NCBI GenBank assembly: GCA_963713045.1
Contig: CAVQKE010000003.1
Span: forward strand, 1,184,001-1,248,000
Direction: 5' to 3'
Origin: an uncultured delta proteobacterium
GTDB lineage: Bacteria; Myxococcota; Myxococcia; Myxococcales; Myxococcaceae
DNA length: 64,000 bases
Shown: piece after piece, positions 31,136 to 40,819 of the stretch
How positions within the stretch are numbered: position 1 is the first letter of the stretch
Layout of the letters: each line of letters opens with the position of its first letter
Translations under genes and position numbers: made by a program
Notes under the pieces: generated by a model
The model's input: the letters and a program-made list of their open reading frames with translations, nothing else
What the model was told of the DNA's origin: nothing
Databases searched by the model: none

Positions 31136-31326
31136 GCGGCCGTCTTCCCGCAACGGACGGGACGGGCGGTGTCCAATGCCTGAATGGTCGGGCGCCTGAT
31201 TTCCCATTCAAGCATGACTGGAATTACGTCGTTGGCGGGGTGAAGCGCGAATCGCTTTTTTTTGGCAGCGAACCGTTGCGAGCAGCCATCCGGGCTCCCT
31301 AGCGATGGAGAAAAGAGGGCATTCCC

Positions 31327-31749
31327 ATGAAACATCTCAAGTTTGTAGCCCCGGTGCTGGCGGCGCTGGCGCTCGCCGGTTGCAGTCCTTCCAGCAGCAA
31401 CAACAACCCCGATTCCGGCACCGCTGCGACGTGTACCGACATGACGGGCAGTGCGACTCCCACGGTGGGCATCAGCACGACGAATGGCGGTGTCTACGGC
31501 AATACCTACGCCTTCAGTCCAGGTTGCGTCCAAATCAACCGCGGACAGTCGGTGACATTCACCGGGAACTACAACCTTCACACGCTCGAGCGAACGACGC
31601 AGACGGTTGCAACCGCAACCAACCCGCTGCCTGCCACGCCCTACAGTGGGCCCAGTCCGGTGGTGTTCGGCCCCTTCCCGGATTCAGGGGACTTCGGCTT
31701 CGTTTGCACAATCCATCACTTTACCGGAACGGTTCGCGTCAACCCGTAG
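31327..31749 (+). CDS. Cupredoxin (type-1 copper-like) lipoprotein
   Basis: Lipobox LAGC; AFSPGCVQINRGQSVTF...H...GDFGFVCTIHHFTGTVRV. Confidence 0.8.
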   Translation: MKHLKFVAPVLAALALAGCSPSSSNNNPDSGTAATCTDMTGSATPTVGISTTNGGVYGNTYAFSPGCVQINRGQSVTFTGNYNLHTLERTTQTVATATNPLPATPYSGPSPVVFGPFPDSGDFGFVCTIHHFTGTVRVNP

Positions 31750-31789
31750 CAGTCAAAAAAGGGGGCCGCCTGGCGGGCGTGAGGGGCAT

Positions 31790-34700
31790 TCAAGCATCGC
31801 CCTTGGTGGGCAGGAGCGCCTCGAAGGAGGGGCGCGGCCGCCGGAGGTGAAAGCCCAGGGAGGACGGGACAAAGCCCACTTCGGTGAGAAAGAGGCCCAG
31901 CGGGTGCTGTTGGGCCGGCCCGCCGTTGACGTCGGACAGCAGCAGCCCCCCGTGCCGTTCCCCCTGCGCCGCCTGCGCCAAGGCGGCCAATTGCTGAGCC
32001 ACCGCGCGCGCCACGCGACTTTTGTCGGGCTCGTCCTCCGGCAGCCACACCCAGCTTTGCCGCCCCCCGCGCCCCACCCAGGCGGCCAGTGCGCCGTCCA
32101 CCAACACCACATGCGCACCCACTGAACGGGCCGCACGGGCGGGTGGGACACCTGCCGGCGTCCACGGCAGGAGGGCGCCGTAGGGGTTGGCTGGGTCCGT
32201 GGCAGCGAGAGCGACCACCTCGGGCAACTCCGGCGCCTGGCGAAGCGAGCGAAGCAGCTGCACCACCGGGGGAAGAACGAATTGCGTCGCGCTGACGCCA
32301 GAGACGAAGTAGCCGCGGCGAATGCGGCCGCTTTCCTCCAGTGCCTGGAAGACGTCATAAACGGCACTGAAGCCGCCGGGGAGCCCCTCCGCCTGGGCCG
32401 TGCCCCTCGTCACCAGGCCGTAGCGACTTAGCAGCTGCTGTGCCACGGCCATACTCCACTCTGTCGCCGTCTGGCCGGAACGCGCTGGAAGCAAAGCCCA
32501 ACGGCCTTCGGCCGACGGGGGCGCCGCCCGGCGGCTGCGGTAGGACGGGGAAGGCCGAGGGCTTCGTCTGCCCTTCTTGTCGGCATTCGGGGCGAGGAAA
32601 GCCCGAAGGGCCCCGAAGCCGTCGTTGGTGACGAGGCCCTTCCAAGCCAGACTCCACAACGCTTCCACGGATGGACGAGGAAAGCCGCCCCCGGCGGCCT
32701 GGTGAATGCTGGCAAAAAAGGAGGCGCCGGACTCGCTGAGGTAGTCCAGCACCGCCTGCTCGCGCTGGGGAAGGCCTGCCGGCGGCCCAGCTTGAAACGG
32801 CGGCAGGAGGCGCGGCAGCGCGTCCGTCAGGTAGAGGCTGACGCGCCCGTCTCGCCCTCCCAAGGGCTCCCGCCCCACCCACGCCACTTCGCCGGCCGCC
32901 GCCAGCGTGTCCAAGTCCGCAGGCTGGTAGTGCGCCACCCGCGCCGGCAGGACGTCCGCCTCCAGCACTGAGGCTGGTAACGGGCAGCCCTGGAGGCGCT
33001 CCACCGCGTCCAGAATGGCGTCCAACCCTGGCCGTGGCCGCAGCACGCCCTGCCAACTGGTGAGGAGACGTCCCAGCACAGCGGGCTCCACCGGCTCCAC
33101 CGCATGTCGCAGCTTGGCCAGCGAGCGCTGGCGGAGGGTGGTCAGAACCCCGATGTCACACCACTCGGCTTGGGTTCCCGTCGCCCGAAATGCCCCTTCC
33201 AACAGCACGCCTCCGGCGGCCAGGGCGGTGAGGGTGGCCCGGGCGACGCCCCGTGACAACCCAAGGCGTCTGCACAGTGCCTCCAGCGTGAAGGGCGCAT
33301 GGGTGCGCGCGTATCGGGCCACCAGCTCCTTCAACGGCTCCCGCACCGGGACGCACAGGGCTTGGGGGAGCGCCTCCGGCAAGGCCACGCCGAGGCCGTC
33401 GCGAAAGCGAACGGCGTCCTCGACGGCAATGAAGCGTGTCTCTCCCAGCAGCCGCAGCGGCAGCACCCGTCGCTCGCGTACCAACCCCTCGACGGAGGCA
33501 GACACCTCCTCGGAGGCGCACCGGGCCACAAGCTCGCTCCGCGTCAAGTCGCCCACCCGCAGAAGCAAGTCGTGCACGGCGTCGGCGCTGCCGGCCCAAA
33601 AGCGCCTGTCGGTGCGCTGCAGCTCGGCCTCCAGCTGGGCCATCGTCTCCTCGTCCAGCAGCTCTCGAAGTTCCGCCTCACCGAGAAGCTCGCGAAGCTG
33701 GGACTGGTCGACGGTGAGTGCCTGGGCCCGGCGCTCGGCGACGGGCACGTCGCCGTCGTAGAGGAAGTTGGCGACGAAGCCGAACAGCAGCGAGCCGGCG
33801 AAGGGGGAGGGTGAGGCGGTGTCGGCGGTATGCACCGAAATCCGCTGCTCGCCGACGGCGCGAAGCGTGGCCACCAGCGCCGGCATGTCGAAGACGTCCC
33901 GCAGGCATTCCCGGTAGGTTTCCAGCAACATCGGGAAGCCGCCGAAGCGGGAGGCCACCTGAAGCAAGTCCGCGGCGCGCTTGCGTTGTGCCCACAGCGG
34001 CATGCGGGCCCCGGGCCGGCGCCTCGGCAGCAGCAGCGCTCGGCTGGCCACCTCGCGGAAGCGGGCGGCAAACAAAGACGTCCCGCCGAGTTCGCCCAGC
34101 ACCAGCGCCTCCACTTCATCCGCCCGCGGCACCAGCAGTGCCGCTTCCGGCGGCGCCTCCGACTCTGGGAAGCGCACCACAATGCCGTCGTTGGTCCAGG
34201 TGGTGTCGACGTCCAGTCCCGTCTGTTGGCGCACCTTGGCCGCAATGGCCATCGCCCAAGGGGCGTGCACCCGACCGCCCAACGGCGACAGCAGGCAGAC
34301 ACGCCAGTCGCCCATCTCGTCCCGCGTCCGCTCGATGACCAGCGTCCTGTCATCCGGGACGGCGGCGGTGGCGGCGCGCTGCTCCTCCAGGTAGCGCAGC
34401 AGGTTGTCGGCTGCCTGCGGGTCCAAGTCATGGGCGCGCTCCAGCCGGGCCAAGGCCGCCGGACGACTCAAAGACAACAACTCCCGCGACAGCGCGCCGA
34501 TGGCTTGCCCAGTCTCCAGCGGCCGTCCGGCGGCGTCGCCGTGCCAGAAGGGCATTTTTCCGGGCTGCCCAGGGGCCGGGGAGACCAGCACTCGGTCGTG
34601 GGTAATCTCCTCAATGCGCCAGCTGGAGGCGCCCAAGAGAAACGTTTCCCCGACTTTGCTTTCGAAGACCATCTCCTCGTCCAGTTCGCCCACCCGCGCC

Positions 34701-36391
34701 TGGCCCTTGTCCCCCCCCACGAGGAAGACGCCGTACAAGCCGCGGTCGGGAATGGTGCCGGCGTTGGCGATGGCGATGCGCTGGCTTCCCTGGCGGGCCG
34801 TCACCGTGGCGGCCTGCCGGTCCCACGTCAGCCGCGGCCGGAGGTCCGCAAAGGCCTCCGACGCATAGCGGCCAGACAGCATGTCCAAGACGGCGTCAAA
34901 CATCGGCCGTGACAACTCAACGAAGGGGCCCGCTCCTCGCACACAGCCGTAGAGGGCATCGACGTCCCAGGTGTCCACCGCGGCCATCGCCACCAGCTGT
35001 TGGGCCAGGACATCGAGAGGGTTTCTGGGGTAGCGGATGGCCTCCACCCGGCCGGCGTGCATGGCCTCGGTCAGCGCCGCGCAGGCCACCAGGTCCGCAC
35101 GGTATTTGGGAAACAGGACGCCGGTACTGGCCGCGCCGAATTGGTGGCCAGCCCGCCCAATGCGCTGGATGCCGGCGGCGACGCTGGGCGGCGCTTCCAC
35201 CTGCACCACCAAGTCAATGGCGCCCATGTCGATGCCCAACTCGAGCGAGCTGGTGGCAACCAGCCCTCGGAGATGGCCTGCCTTGAGTGCCTCCTCAGTC
35301 TTCTGGCGCTCCGCCCGGGCGATGGAGCCGTGGTGCGCTCGTACCAGCGTCTCACCGGCCAATTCATTGAGGGCCGCCGCCAGCCGCTCGGCCGTCCGCC
35401 GGCTGTTGACGAAAACCAGCGTGGAGGTATGGGCGCGCACCAACTCGAGCAGGCGCGGGTGAATGGCGCTCCAAATGGAGGGGCCCGCCGGTCGCTGCGA
35501 GCCGGGGCCGCCCTGGACGTCGGGAGGGCCGAGCTGGCCCATGTCCTCCACCGGCACCTCGATGCGCAGCACCAGGGCCTTCTTGCTGCCAGCATCGAGG
35601 AGGGTGACGGCTCGCCAGGCCGACGCCTCGCCTGCACCGGAAAACTCCCGCTGCAGCACGGGGGCCTCCACTGCCCCCTCGACGAGTGGCGGCAGCGCCG
35701 CAGGGACTGGCGCCGGCGGCGCGCTGTGGGCGCCCCCGAGAAAACGGGCCACCTCGTCCAGCGGCCGCTGGGTGGCGGAGAGGCCAATCCGCTGAAGCCG
35801 ACGGCCGGTGAGGGCCTCCAGCCTTTCAACGCTCAGCATGAGATGGGCGCCCCGCTTGGTGGGGACGAGGGCATGAATCTCATCGATGATGACGGTGTCC
35901 ACGCTGCGCAGCGCCTCTCGGGCCTGCGACGTCAAAAGCAGGTACAGCGACTCGGGCGTGGTGATGAGGATGTCCGCCGGCTCGCGTCGGAAGCGGGCCC
36001 GAGCCGCTGCCGGCGTGTCCCCGGTGCGCACCGCGATGGACGGCAGCAGGTGGGGGTCGCCTCGGCCGGCCGCGACGTTGGCGATGCCGGACACCGGCGT
36101 GCGGAGGTTTTTCTCCACGTCCACGGCCAATGCCTTCAGTGGGGAGACGTAAATGACGCGGCAGCGCTCCGCGCGGGCAGGAAGCGGGGAAAACATCAGC
36201 CGGTCGATGCAGCTGAGGAAGGCGGCCAGGGTCTTCCCGCTGCCGGTGGGCGCCAGCAGCAGCGCCGACTCGCGACGCGCCAGCGCTGGCCAGCCGAGGC
36301 TCTGCGCGGCAGTCGGTGCCGGGAAAGACGCCCGAAACCAGTCCCGCACTGCGGGGTGGAAGTGGGCGAGCGCGTCCAGAGGGCCGGGCAT
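31790..36391 (-). CDS. lhr: Long-form Lhr ATP-dependent helicase
   Basis: APTGSGKT, DEIH, SAT, ATSSLELGIDMG, QRIGRAGH and GELDEEMVFES motifs; C-terminal region with AATDPANPYG; 1533 aa. Confidence 0.93.
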   Translation of the reverse strand: MPGPLDALAHFHPAVRDWFRASFPAPTAAQSLGWPALARRESALLLAPTGSGKTLAAFLSCIDRLMFSPLPARAERCRVIYVSPLKALAVDVEKNLRTPVSGIANVAAGRGDPHLLPSIAVRTGDTPAAARARFRREPADILITTPESLYLLLTSQAREALRSVDTVIIDEIHALVPTKRGAHLMLSVERLEALTGRRLQRIGLSATQRPLDEVARFLGGAHSAPPAPVPAALPPLVEGAVEAPVLQREFSGAGEASAWRAVTLLDAGSKKALVLRIEVPVEDMGQLGPPDVQGGPGSQRPAGPSIWSAIHPRLLELVRAHTSTLVFVNSRRTAERLAAALNELAGETLVRAHHGSIARAERQKTEEALKAGHLRGLVATSSLELGIDMGAIDLVVQVEAPPSVAAGIQRIGRAGHQFGAASTGVLFPKYRADLVACAALTEAMHAGRVEAIRYPRNPLDVLAQQLVAMAAVDTWDVDALYGCVRGAGPFVELSRPMFDAVLDMLSGRYASEAFADLRPRLTWDRQAATVTARQGSQRIAIANAGTIPDRGLYGVFLVGGDKGQARVGELDEEMVFESKVGETFLLGASSWRIEEITHDRVLVSPAPGQPGKMPFWHGDAAGRPLETGQAIGALSRELLSLSRPAALARLERAHDLDPQAADNLLRYLEEQRAATAAVPDDRTLVIERTRDEMGDWRVCLLSPLGGRVHAPWAMAIAAKVRQQTGLDVDTTWTNDGIVVRFPESEAPPEAALLVPRADEVEALVLGELGGTSLFAARFREVASRALLLPRRRPGARMPLWAQRKRAADLLQVASRFGGFPMLLETYRECLRDVFDMPALVATLRAVGEQRISVHTADTASPSPFAGSLLFGFVANFLYDGDVPVAERRAQALTVDQSQLRELLGEAELRELLDEETMAQLEAELQRTDRRFWAGSADAVHDLLLRVGDLTRSELVARCASEEVSASVEGLVRERRVLPLRLLGETRFIAVEDAVRFRDGLGVALPEALPQALCVPVREPLKELVARYARTHAPFTLEALCRRLGLSRGVARATLTALAAGGVLLEGAFRATGTQAEWCDIGVLTTLRQRSLAKLRHAVEPVEPAVLGRLLTSWQGVLRPRPGLDAILDAVERLQGCPLPASVLEADVLPARVAHYQPADLDTLAAAGEVAWVGREPLGGRDGRVSLYLTDALPRLLPPFQAGPPAGLPQREQAVLDYLSESGASFFASIHQAAGGGFPRPSVEALWSLAWKGLVTNDGFGALRAFLAPNADKKGRRSPRPSPSYRSRRAAPPSAEGRWALLPARSGQTATEWSMAVAQQLLSRYGLVTRGTAQAEGLPGGFSAVYDVFQALEESGRIRRGYFVSGVSATQFVLPPVVQLLRSLRQAPELPEVVALAATDPANPYGALLPWTPAGVPPARAARSVGAHVVLVDGALAAWVGRGGRQSWVWLPEDEPDKSRVARAVAQQLAALAQAAQGERHGGLLLSDVNGGPAQQHPLGLFLTEVGFVPSSLGFHLRRPRPSFEALLPTKGDA

Positions 36392-36408
36392 GGGGGAAAT
36401 TCTAACGC
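36389..36408 (-). promoter_or_regulatory. Probable leaderless promoter of lhr (TAGAAT-N7-ATG)
   Basis: Minus strand GCGTTAGAATTTCCCCCATG; -10 hexamer 7 nt before ATG and no SD. Confidence 0.55.
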
Positions 36409-36427
36409 CCAGGCCGGCGACGACATT

Positions 36428-37099
36428 TTAGGCCAGTGGCAAGACGCACTCCGGGCCTTCGTGCGTTGCCGAGTTGACGTACCCGGACACCGGCCGAGAG
36501 ACGAAGGGAGGGTTGAGGCCCTCCAGACGGGCGTCCCAGCTGGCCAGCGGCACCGCCTCCGGGGAAAGCCAGCTGTCGTACAGGCGCTTGGGCAGCACCA
36601 CCGGCATGCGGTCATGCACCCGAGCCATCTCCCCCACCGCCGGCTCGGTCAGAATGACGCAGGAATACACCGCGTCCCCGGATGGCGGGCGCCAGCGGTC
36701 CCACAGTCCGGCAAAGGCAAAGGGCGCGCCGCCAGAGAGTTCGAAGAAGAAGGGCTGCTTCCGGCTGCTCTCGCGCCGCCACTCGTAAAAGCCGTCGGCC
36801 AGGACGAGGCAGCGGTGCCGCTCTCCGCTGGCAAAGGCCCGCCGCTCGCCGAGCGACTCCAGGCGGGCGTTGATGAGGCGGTCGCCGGCGCGCAGGTCCT
36901 TCGCCCACCACGGGACGAGGCCCCAGCGGAAGGCTTGAAGAAGGCGCGGCGCGCGGTTGGAGATGACGGGGACCGGCTGCCGCGGCGCGACGTTGAAGCG
37001 CGGGGGAAGCGCCTCGGCGACGCCGGCGTCGGCCCCGGCCAAACCGAACGCTTCGATGAGCTCTGCCGGGGTTAGACGGCTGGTAAAGCGGCCGCACAT
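36428..37099 (-). CDS. SRAP family abasic-site DNA-protein crosslinking protein (YedK/HMCES-like)
   Basis: True start ATG 37099 gives the required N-terminal MCGRF; FNVAP, WGLVP, INARLE, DGFYEW and HDRMP motifs. Confidence 0.93.
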   Translation of the reverse strand: MCGRFTSRLTPAELIEAFGLAGADAGVAEALPPRFNVAPRQPVPVISNRAPRLLQAFRWGLVPWWAKDLRAGDRLINARLESLGERRAFASGERHRCLVLADGFYEWRRESSRKQPFFFELSGGAPFAFAGLWDRWRPPSGDAVYSCVILTEPAVGEMARVHDRMPVVLPKRLYDSWLSPEAVPLASWDARLEGLNPPFVSRPVSGYVNSATHEGPECVLPLA

Positions 37100-37343
37100 G
37101 AGGGAATTGCTAACACGCCGCGCCGTCGACGCACGGTCCGCAGCGCCTCCAGCGCCAACGGAGGACAGCCGCTGCCCGCGTCGGGCATTTCGGCCTTCCA
37201 AGGAAAGGGTTGCCCCAAGTAGAAAGCTGCGAGCGACGGGTGGACCGGCTTCATCCGCGGCCGTCTTGGGGCCCTAGAACGCAAACCGCACCAGCGTGCT
37301 GTCCTGCCAAGGCCCAAGCGCTCCCAAGCCGCCAGGAGGGGCC

Positions 37344-38363
37344 ATGAACCGTGCGCGAAGGACGCTCCTTGCAGCGGCGGTCGTCCCGTTGGCCGCGGCT
37401 GCAGCTTCTTCGTTAACGCCGCTTTTCCTTCCCCATGGCCAAGGCGGCATCGGCTTCGACGACCTCGTCTTCTCCTCGGGCCTAAACCGAGTCCTGGTGC
37501 CCTCGGGGAGAACTGGACTCCTCAACCTGGTGGACCCCCAGACGCACATCATCGAGTCCATCTCTGGATTCAGCACCGAGCCACACTTCAAGTTCGGCCA
37601 TGGGGCGGGCATCACTTCCGCCGACTTTGGACACGGCTTCATCTTCGCCACGGACCGCAGCCGGCAGGTGGTCGACATTGTGGACCCGGTCAAGCTGCAA
37701 GTCCTCGGCTCCGCCAAGCTCGGGGCGGGCCCGGACTACGTGCGTTGGGTGGAACCCACCTCCGAAGTCTGGGTGACCGAGCCCAGCCGGAAAGTCATCG
37801 AATACTTCAAGCTGGAAGGCGGAGCCGCCCCGAAGCTGGTTTCTGCAGGCACCATCCCCATTCCGGATGGGCCCGAGTCCCTCGTCATCGACGCCACCCG
37901 CGGCCGTGCGTACACCAACACCCGGCACAACCTGACGGTGCCGGTGGACGTGAAGAAGCACCGGGACGTCGCGCGCTGGCCGAATGGGTGCGCCGCCGCG
38001 CGCGGCATCGCTCTGGACGAAGTACGAGGGCTCCTCGTCGTCGGCTGCGAGGAGGGGACGCTGACGACACTCGACGTCCAGCGAAGCGGAAGACTCCTCG
38101 CGTCGCTCGCCACGAGTGGGAGGGGCGTGAATGTCCTCGCCTACAGCCCCCGCCTCGCTCACCTTTACGTGCCGGGGGGGGACAGCGGCACCATGGCCAT
38201 TGTCGGCGTCAAGCACGACGGCAGCCTGCAGGCGCTGGCCACAGTCGTGACGGCACCAGGCGCGGATTGCGTTGCAGCCGACAACCTGGGGCAGGCCTAC
38301 GTCTGTGCCCCGCAGGAGGGGAAACTGCTCGTCTTCACCGACACCCTCCCCGCAGCAAAATAG
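37344..38363 (+). CDS. Secreted YncE/YVTN-like beta-propeller protein
   Basis: ATG 37344 after AGGAGG; signal peptide; GFDDLVF, GPDYVRW, GPESLVID and RGIALDE blades. Confidence 0.78.
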   Translation: MNRARRTLLAAAVVPLAAAAASSLTPLFLPHGQGGIGFDDLVFSSGLNRVLVPSGRTGLLNLVDPQTHIIESISGFSTEPHFKFGHGAGITSADFGHGFIFATDRSRQVVDIVDPVKLQVLGSAKLGAGPDYVRWVEPTSEVWVTEPSRKVIEYFKLEGGAAPKLVSAGTIPIPDGPESLVIDATRGRAYTNTRHNLTVPVDVKKHRDVARWPNGCAAARGIALDEVRGLLVVGCEEGTLTTLDVQRSGRLLASLATSGRGVNVLAYSPRLAHLYVPGGDSGTMAIVGVKHDGSLQALATVVTAPGADCVAADNLGQAYVCAPQEGKLLVFTDTLPAAK

Positions 38364-38406
38364 AAGCACCCGTCACGCCCCGCGATGGGTAGCCCGGGGG
38401 GGGGGT

Positions 38407-39177
38407 TCAGGCCTGGGGAAGCCGGCGCAAGTCCACCGGACTGCCGTCGCGCTCCACCAGCGACTCCATTCGGCGCAGGCCGGCCAAAGCACGGGCGACA
38501 ACCTCGAACGTGTTTCCGGCCTCCTCCAATTCGTTGGCGCGAGCCGCGGTGGACTCGAGCTCGGCGCAGCGGGCCGACAGGGCATCCACCAAGCCTCGAA
38601 TGGCGCGGAAAGCATCCTTCAACACGGCGACGCGGTTGTCCGCGCCGCAGGACGGCGGCTTGACTGGTTCCGCCACGTAGAGCGGCAGCGGCAAGCGCGA
38701 CAGCACACGGTCAAACTGGTTCCAGCGCTCGACCAGCTGGTGGGCCACCTCTCGGGCCTCAATGCCGTCGAAGGGCCGCTTCAACACCACCACTTGGTCT
38801 CGATGCCCAAGCGCGGTGGCACTGCCCTCCCAGTCCTCATGGCTGGCCGGGACGACGAGGACCACTTGCAGGCGAGGGTCCTCCGAAAGCAGGCGGTCGG
38901 CGTGGGCCAAGACTTGGTCTTCCACGCCGCAGACGTTGAGGAAGGCCACCGCCGGCGGCTCTCCGCAGGCCCGCATCGAACGCACCTCATTCAGGCCGTC
39001 GATGTCGCTGCCGACAAACCACACTTCGAAGGCAGCGGCCGGCGGGGGCGGCAACTGGCCCGGCGCATGCTCGTCCAGGGAAACCAAGGGTTCAGCCGCG
39101 CCGCCTGGAACCAACATCTCCAGCAAGTCGAGGAAGAAGTCTTGCTGAGCTCCAATGAGGACGACGCGGTTGTTCAC
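38407..39177 (-). CDS. Degenerate receiver-domain (pseudo-response-regulator) protein
   Basis: Receiver-like order of elements (RVVLI, DGLNEV, PAVAFLN, DPRLQVVLV, LKRPFDGIEAREVAHQLVERW); acidic pocket and phospho-Asp missing. Confidence 0.55.
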   Translation of the reverse strand: MNNRVVLIGAQQDFFLDLLEMLVPGGAAEPLVSLDEHAPGQLPPPPAAAFEVWFVGSDIDGLNEVRSMRACGEPPAVAFLNVCGVEDQVLAHADRLLSEDPRLQVVLVVPASHEDWEGSATALGHRDQVVVLKRPFDGIEAREVAHQLVERWNQFDRVLSRLPLPLYVAEPVKPPSCGADNRVAVLKDAFRAIRGLVDALSARCAELESTAARANELEEAGNTFEVVARALAGLRRMESLVERDGSPVDLRRLPQA

Positions 39178-39292
39178 AACCTGTGGGTTTGCAAGGGTCG
39201 ATCCGCACGCTAACCCCCGAGAAGTTCAACAGGTCTTCCCTCCGTCTGGGGGGTACAGCTCCCGCCTTCCAGTCAAAAATGACTCCTGTGGG

Positions 39293-39312
39293 AAAAACCC
39301 CCCGGCGGGGGG
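39293..39312 (-). terminator. Rho-independent terminator after the FAH-family gene
   Basis: Minus strand CCCCCC-GCC-GGGGGG-TTTTT about 10 nt after the stop codon. Confidence 0.6.
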
Positions 39313-39322
39313 CGGACTGCAG

Positions 39323-40177
39323 TCAGCCCGCCTCTTCCACCACCGCGTTTCGCAGGACGCCGACACCGGTGACTTCCACTTCGAAGATGTCGCCCGGCTT
39401 CAGCCAGACCGGCGGCGTGCGTTTACTCCCCACCCCTCCCGGCGTCCCGGTCGACACCACGTCGCCCGGGACAAGCTCGGTGAAGGTGGTGATGTAGGCG
39501 ATGAGTTCAGGAATGTCGAAGATGAGCAGGTCCGTCCCCGAGCGCTGCATTTGCTGGCCATTGAGGCGGCCGATGACAGTCAGCTTCGAAGGGTCCGCAA
39601 TCTCGTCGGCCGTCACCAGCCAAGGGCCAAAGCCGCCGGTGGCGACGAAGTTTTTTCCTGCCGTGAATTGGCTGGTGTGCCGCTGCCAGTCCCGGAGGGT
39701 GGCGTCCTGGTAGCAGCTGTACCCAGCGACCACTGCCAGCGCGTCGGCGCGCGGGATGTGCCGCGCGCGCCTGCCGATGACGAAGGCCAACTCGGCCTCA
39801 TAGTCGAACTCGGTGGACACCCGTGGGCGCACCAGCGCCTGGCCATGGCCCACCTGGGTGTTGGCGAAGCGCGTGAAGAGCGTCGGGTAGGGGCTTTCGC
39901 GCCGGCCCGTCTCTTCGCGGTGGGCCACGTAGTTGACACCGACGCAGAGGATTTTCTCAGGCTCCGGGATGGGGGGGAGCAGCTGGACGGCCTCGAGGCC
40001 GACGTCGGCGGGCACCCCCTGGATGGCTCGCGCCAGCTGCGGAAGGGCCCCGGCGGCCAACACCGAGCGAAGGCTTGAAAAGCGACCCCCCAGCAACCGG
40101 CGCGCGTCCACCACGCCACCGTCGACGACTGCGCCGAAGCTTTCCACTTCGCCCCATCGGTAGGAGACGAGCCGCAT
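39323..40177 (-). CDS. Fumarylacetoacetate hydrolase family protein
   Basis: ATG 40177 (MRLVSYRW); KILCVGVNY, DYEAELA, GKNF and STGTPGGVG motifs. Confidence 0.92.
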   Translation of the reverse strand: MRLVSYRWGEVESFGAVVDGGVVDARRLLGGRFSSLRSVLAAGALPQLARAIQGVPADVGLEAVQLLPPIPEPEKILCVGVNYVAHREETGRRESPYPTLFTRFANTQVGHGQALVRPRVSTEFDYEAELAFVIGRRARHIPRADALAVVAGYSCYQDATLRDWQRHTSQFTAGKNFVATGGFGPWLVTADEIADPSKLTVIGRLNGQQMQRSGTDLLIFDIPELIAYITTFTELVPGDVVSTGTPGGVGSKRTPPVWLKPGDIFEVEVTGVGVLRNAVVEEAG

Positions 40178-40237
40178 GCTGCTGAACCTCCACTTCGAGT
40201 GGTGCCAGCGAAGGTTCTGACCTAGAGAACCTGTGCC

Positions 40238-40765
40238 ATGCAATCCTTTCCGCCCGGCGACGCGGAGGCCTTCCGGCAGCTGGCCCGCACCTGGGCGGCC
40301 ACCGTCACCGTTGTGACCGCTCGCCGACGCGACGGCGCCGGGGCGCCGGACGCCCCGCGCACCGATGGCTTCACCGCCACGGCATTCCTCACGCTGAGCC
40401 TCTCCCCGCCCCTCATCGCCGTGGCCGTGGAACGGGGCGCCAGCTCCGAGGCCCTCCTCGCCGAGGCCGATGTCTTTGCGGTCAACTTCCTCTCCGAGAC
40501 GCAGGCCGACCACAGCCTCGCCTTTTCCCGCCACTGGGAACATCGCCAGGACACCTGGCAACGCTTTCCAGCCCGAGACGACCTGGCCGGGGTCCCCCTT
40601 CTGCAGGGGACAGCCGGCGCCTTTTCGGCGCAAATCCGCCACCGCGTCGACGTCGGCGACCACGTCCTCGTCATCGGCGAGGTGACGGAAATTCACCACG
40701 GCGACACGCGCCGGACGCTGGTTTACCAGCACCGGGGATATGCGCGGGTCGGCCCGCTCGACTAG
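40238..40765 (+). CDS. Flavin reductase family protein
   Basis: FRQLARTWAATVTVVT, GFTATAF..LSLSPPL, FAVNFL and GDHVLVIGEV motifs. Confidence 0.9.
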   Translation: MQSFPPGDAEAFRQLARTWAATVTVVTARRRDGAGAPDAPRTDGFTATAFLTLSLSPPLIAVAVERGASSEALLAEADVFAVNFLSETQADHSLAFSRHWEHRQDTWQRFPARDDLAGVPLLQGTAGAFSAQIRHRVDVGDHVLVIGEVTEIHHGDTRRTLVYQHRGYARVGPLD

Positions 40766-40819
40766 GCACGCGCGGGAAGTCTGCAATTCGCTGCCAACAC
40801 GGTCGTAGCGAGGAGCGCC

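Noticed and set aside
31262..31280. Sigma54 promoter upstream of the cupredoxin (TGGCAG...TTGC)
   Set aside because: GG-GC spacing is 12 nt, not 10.
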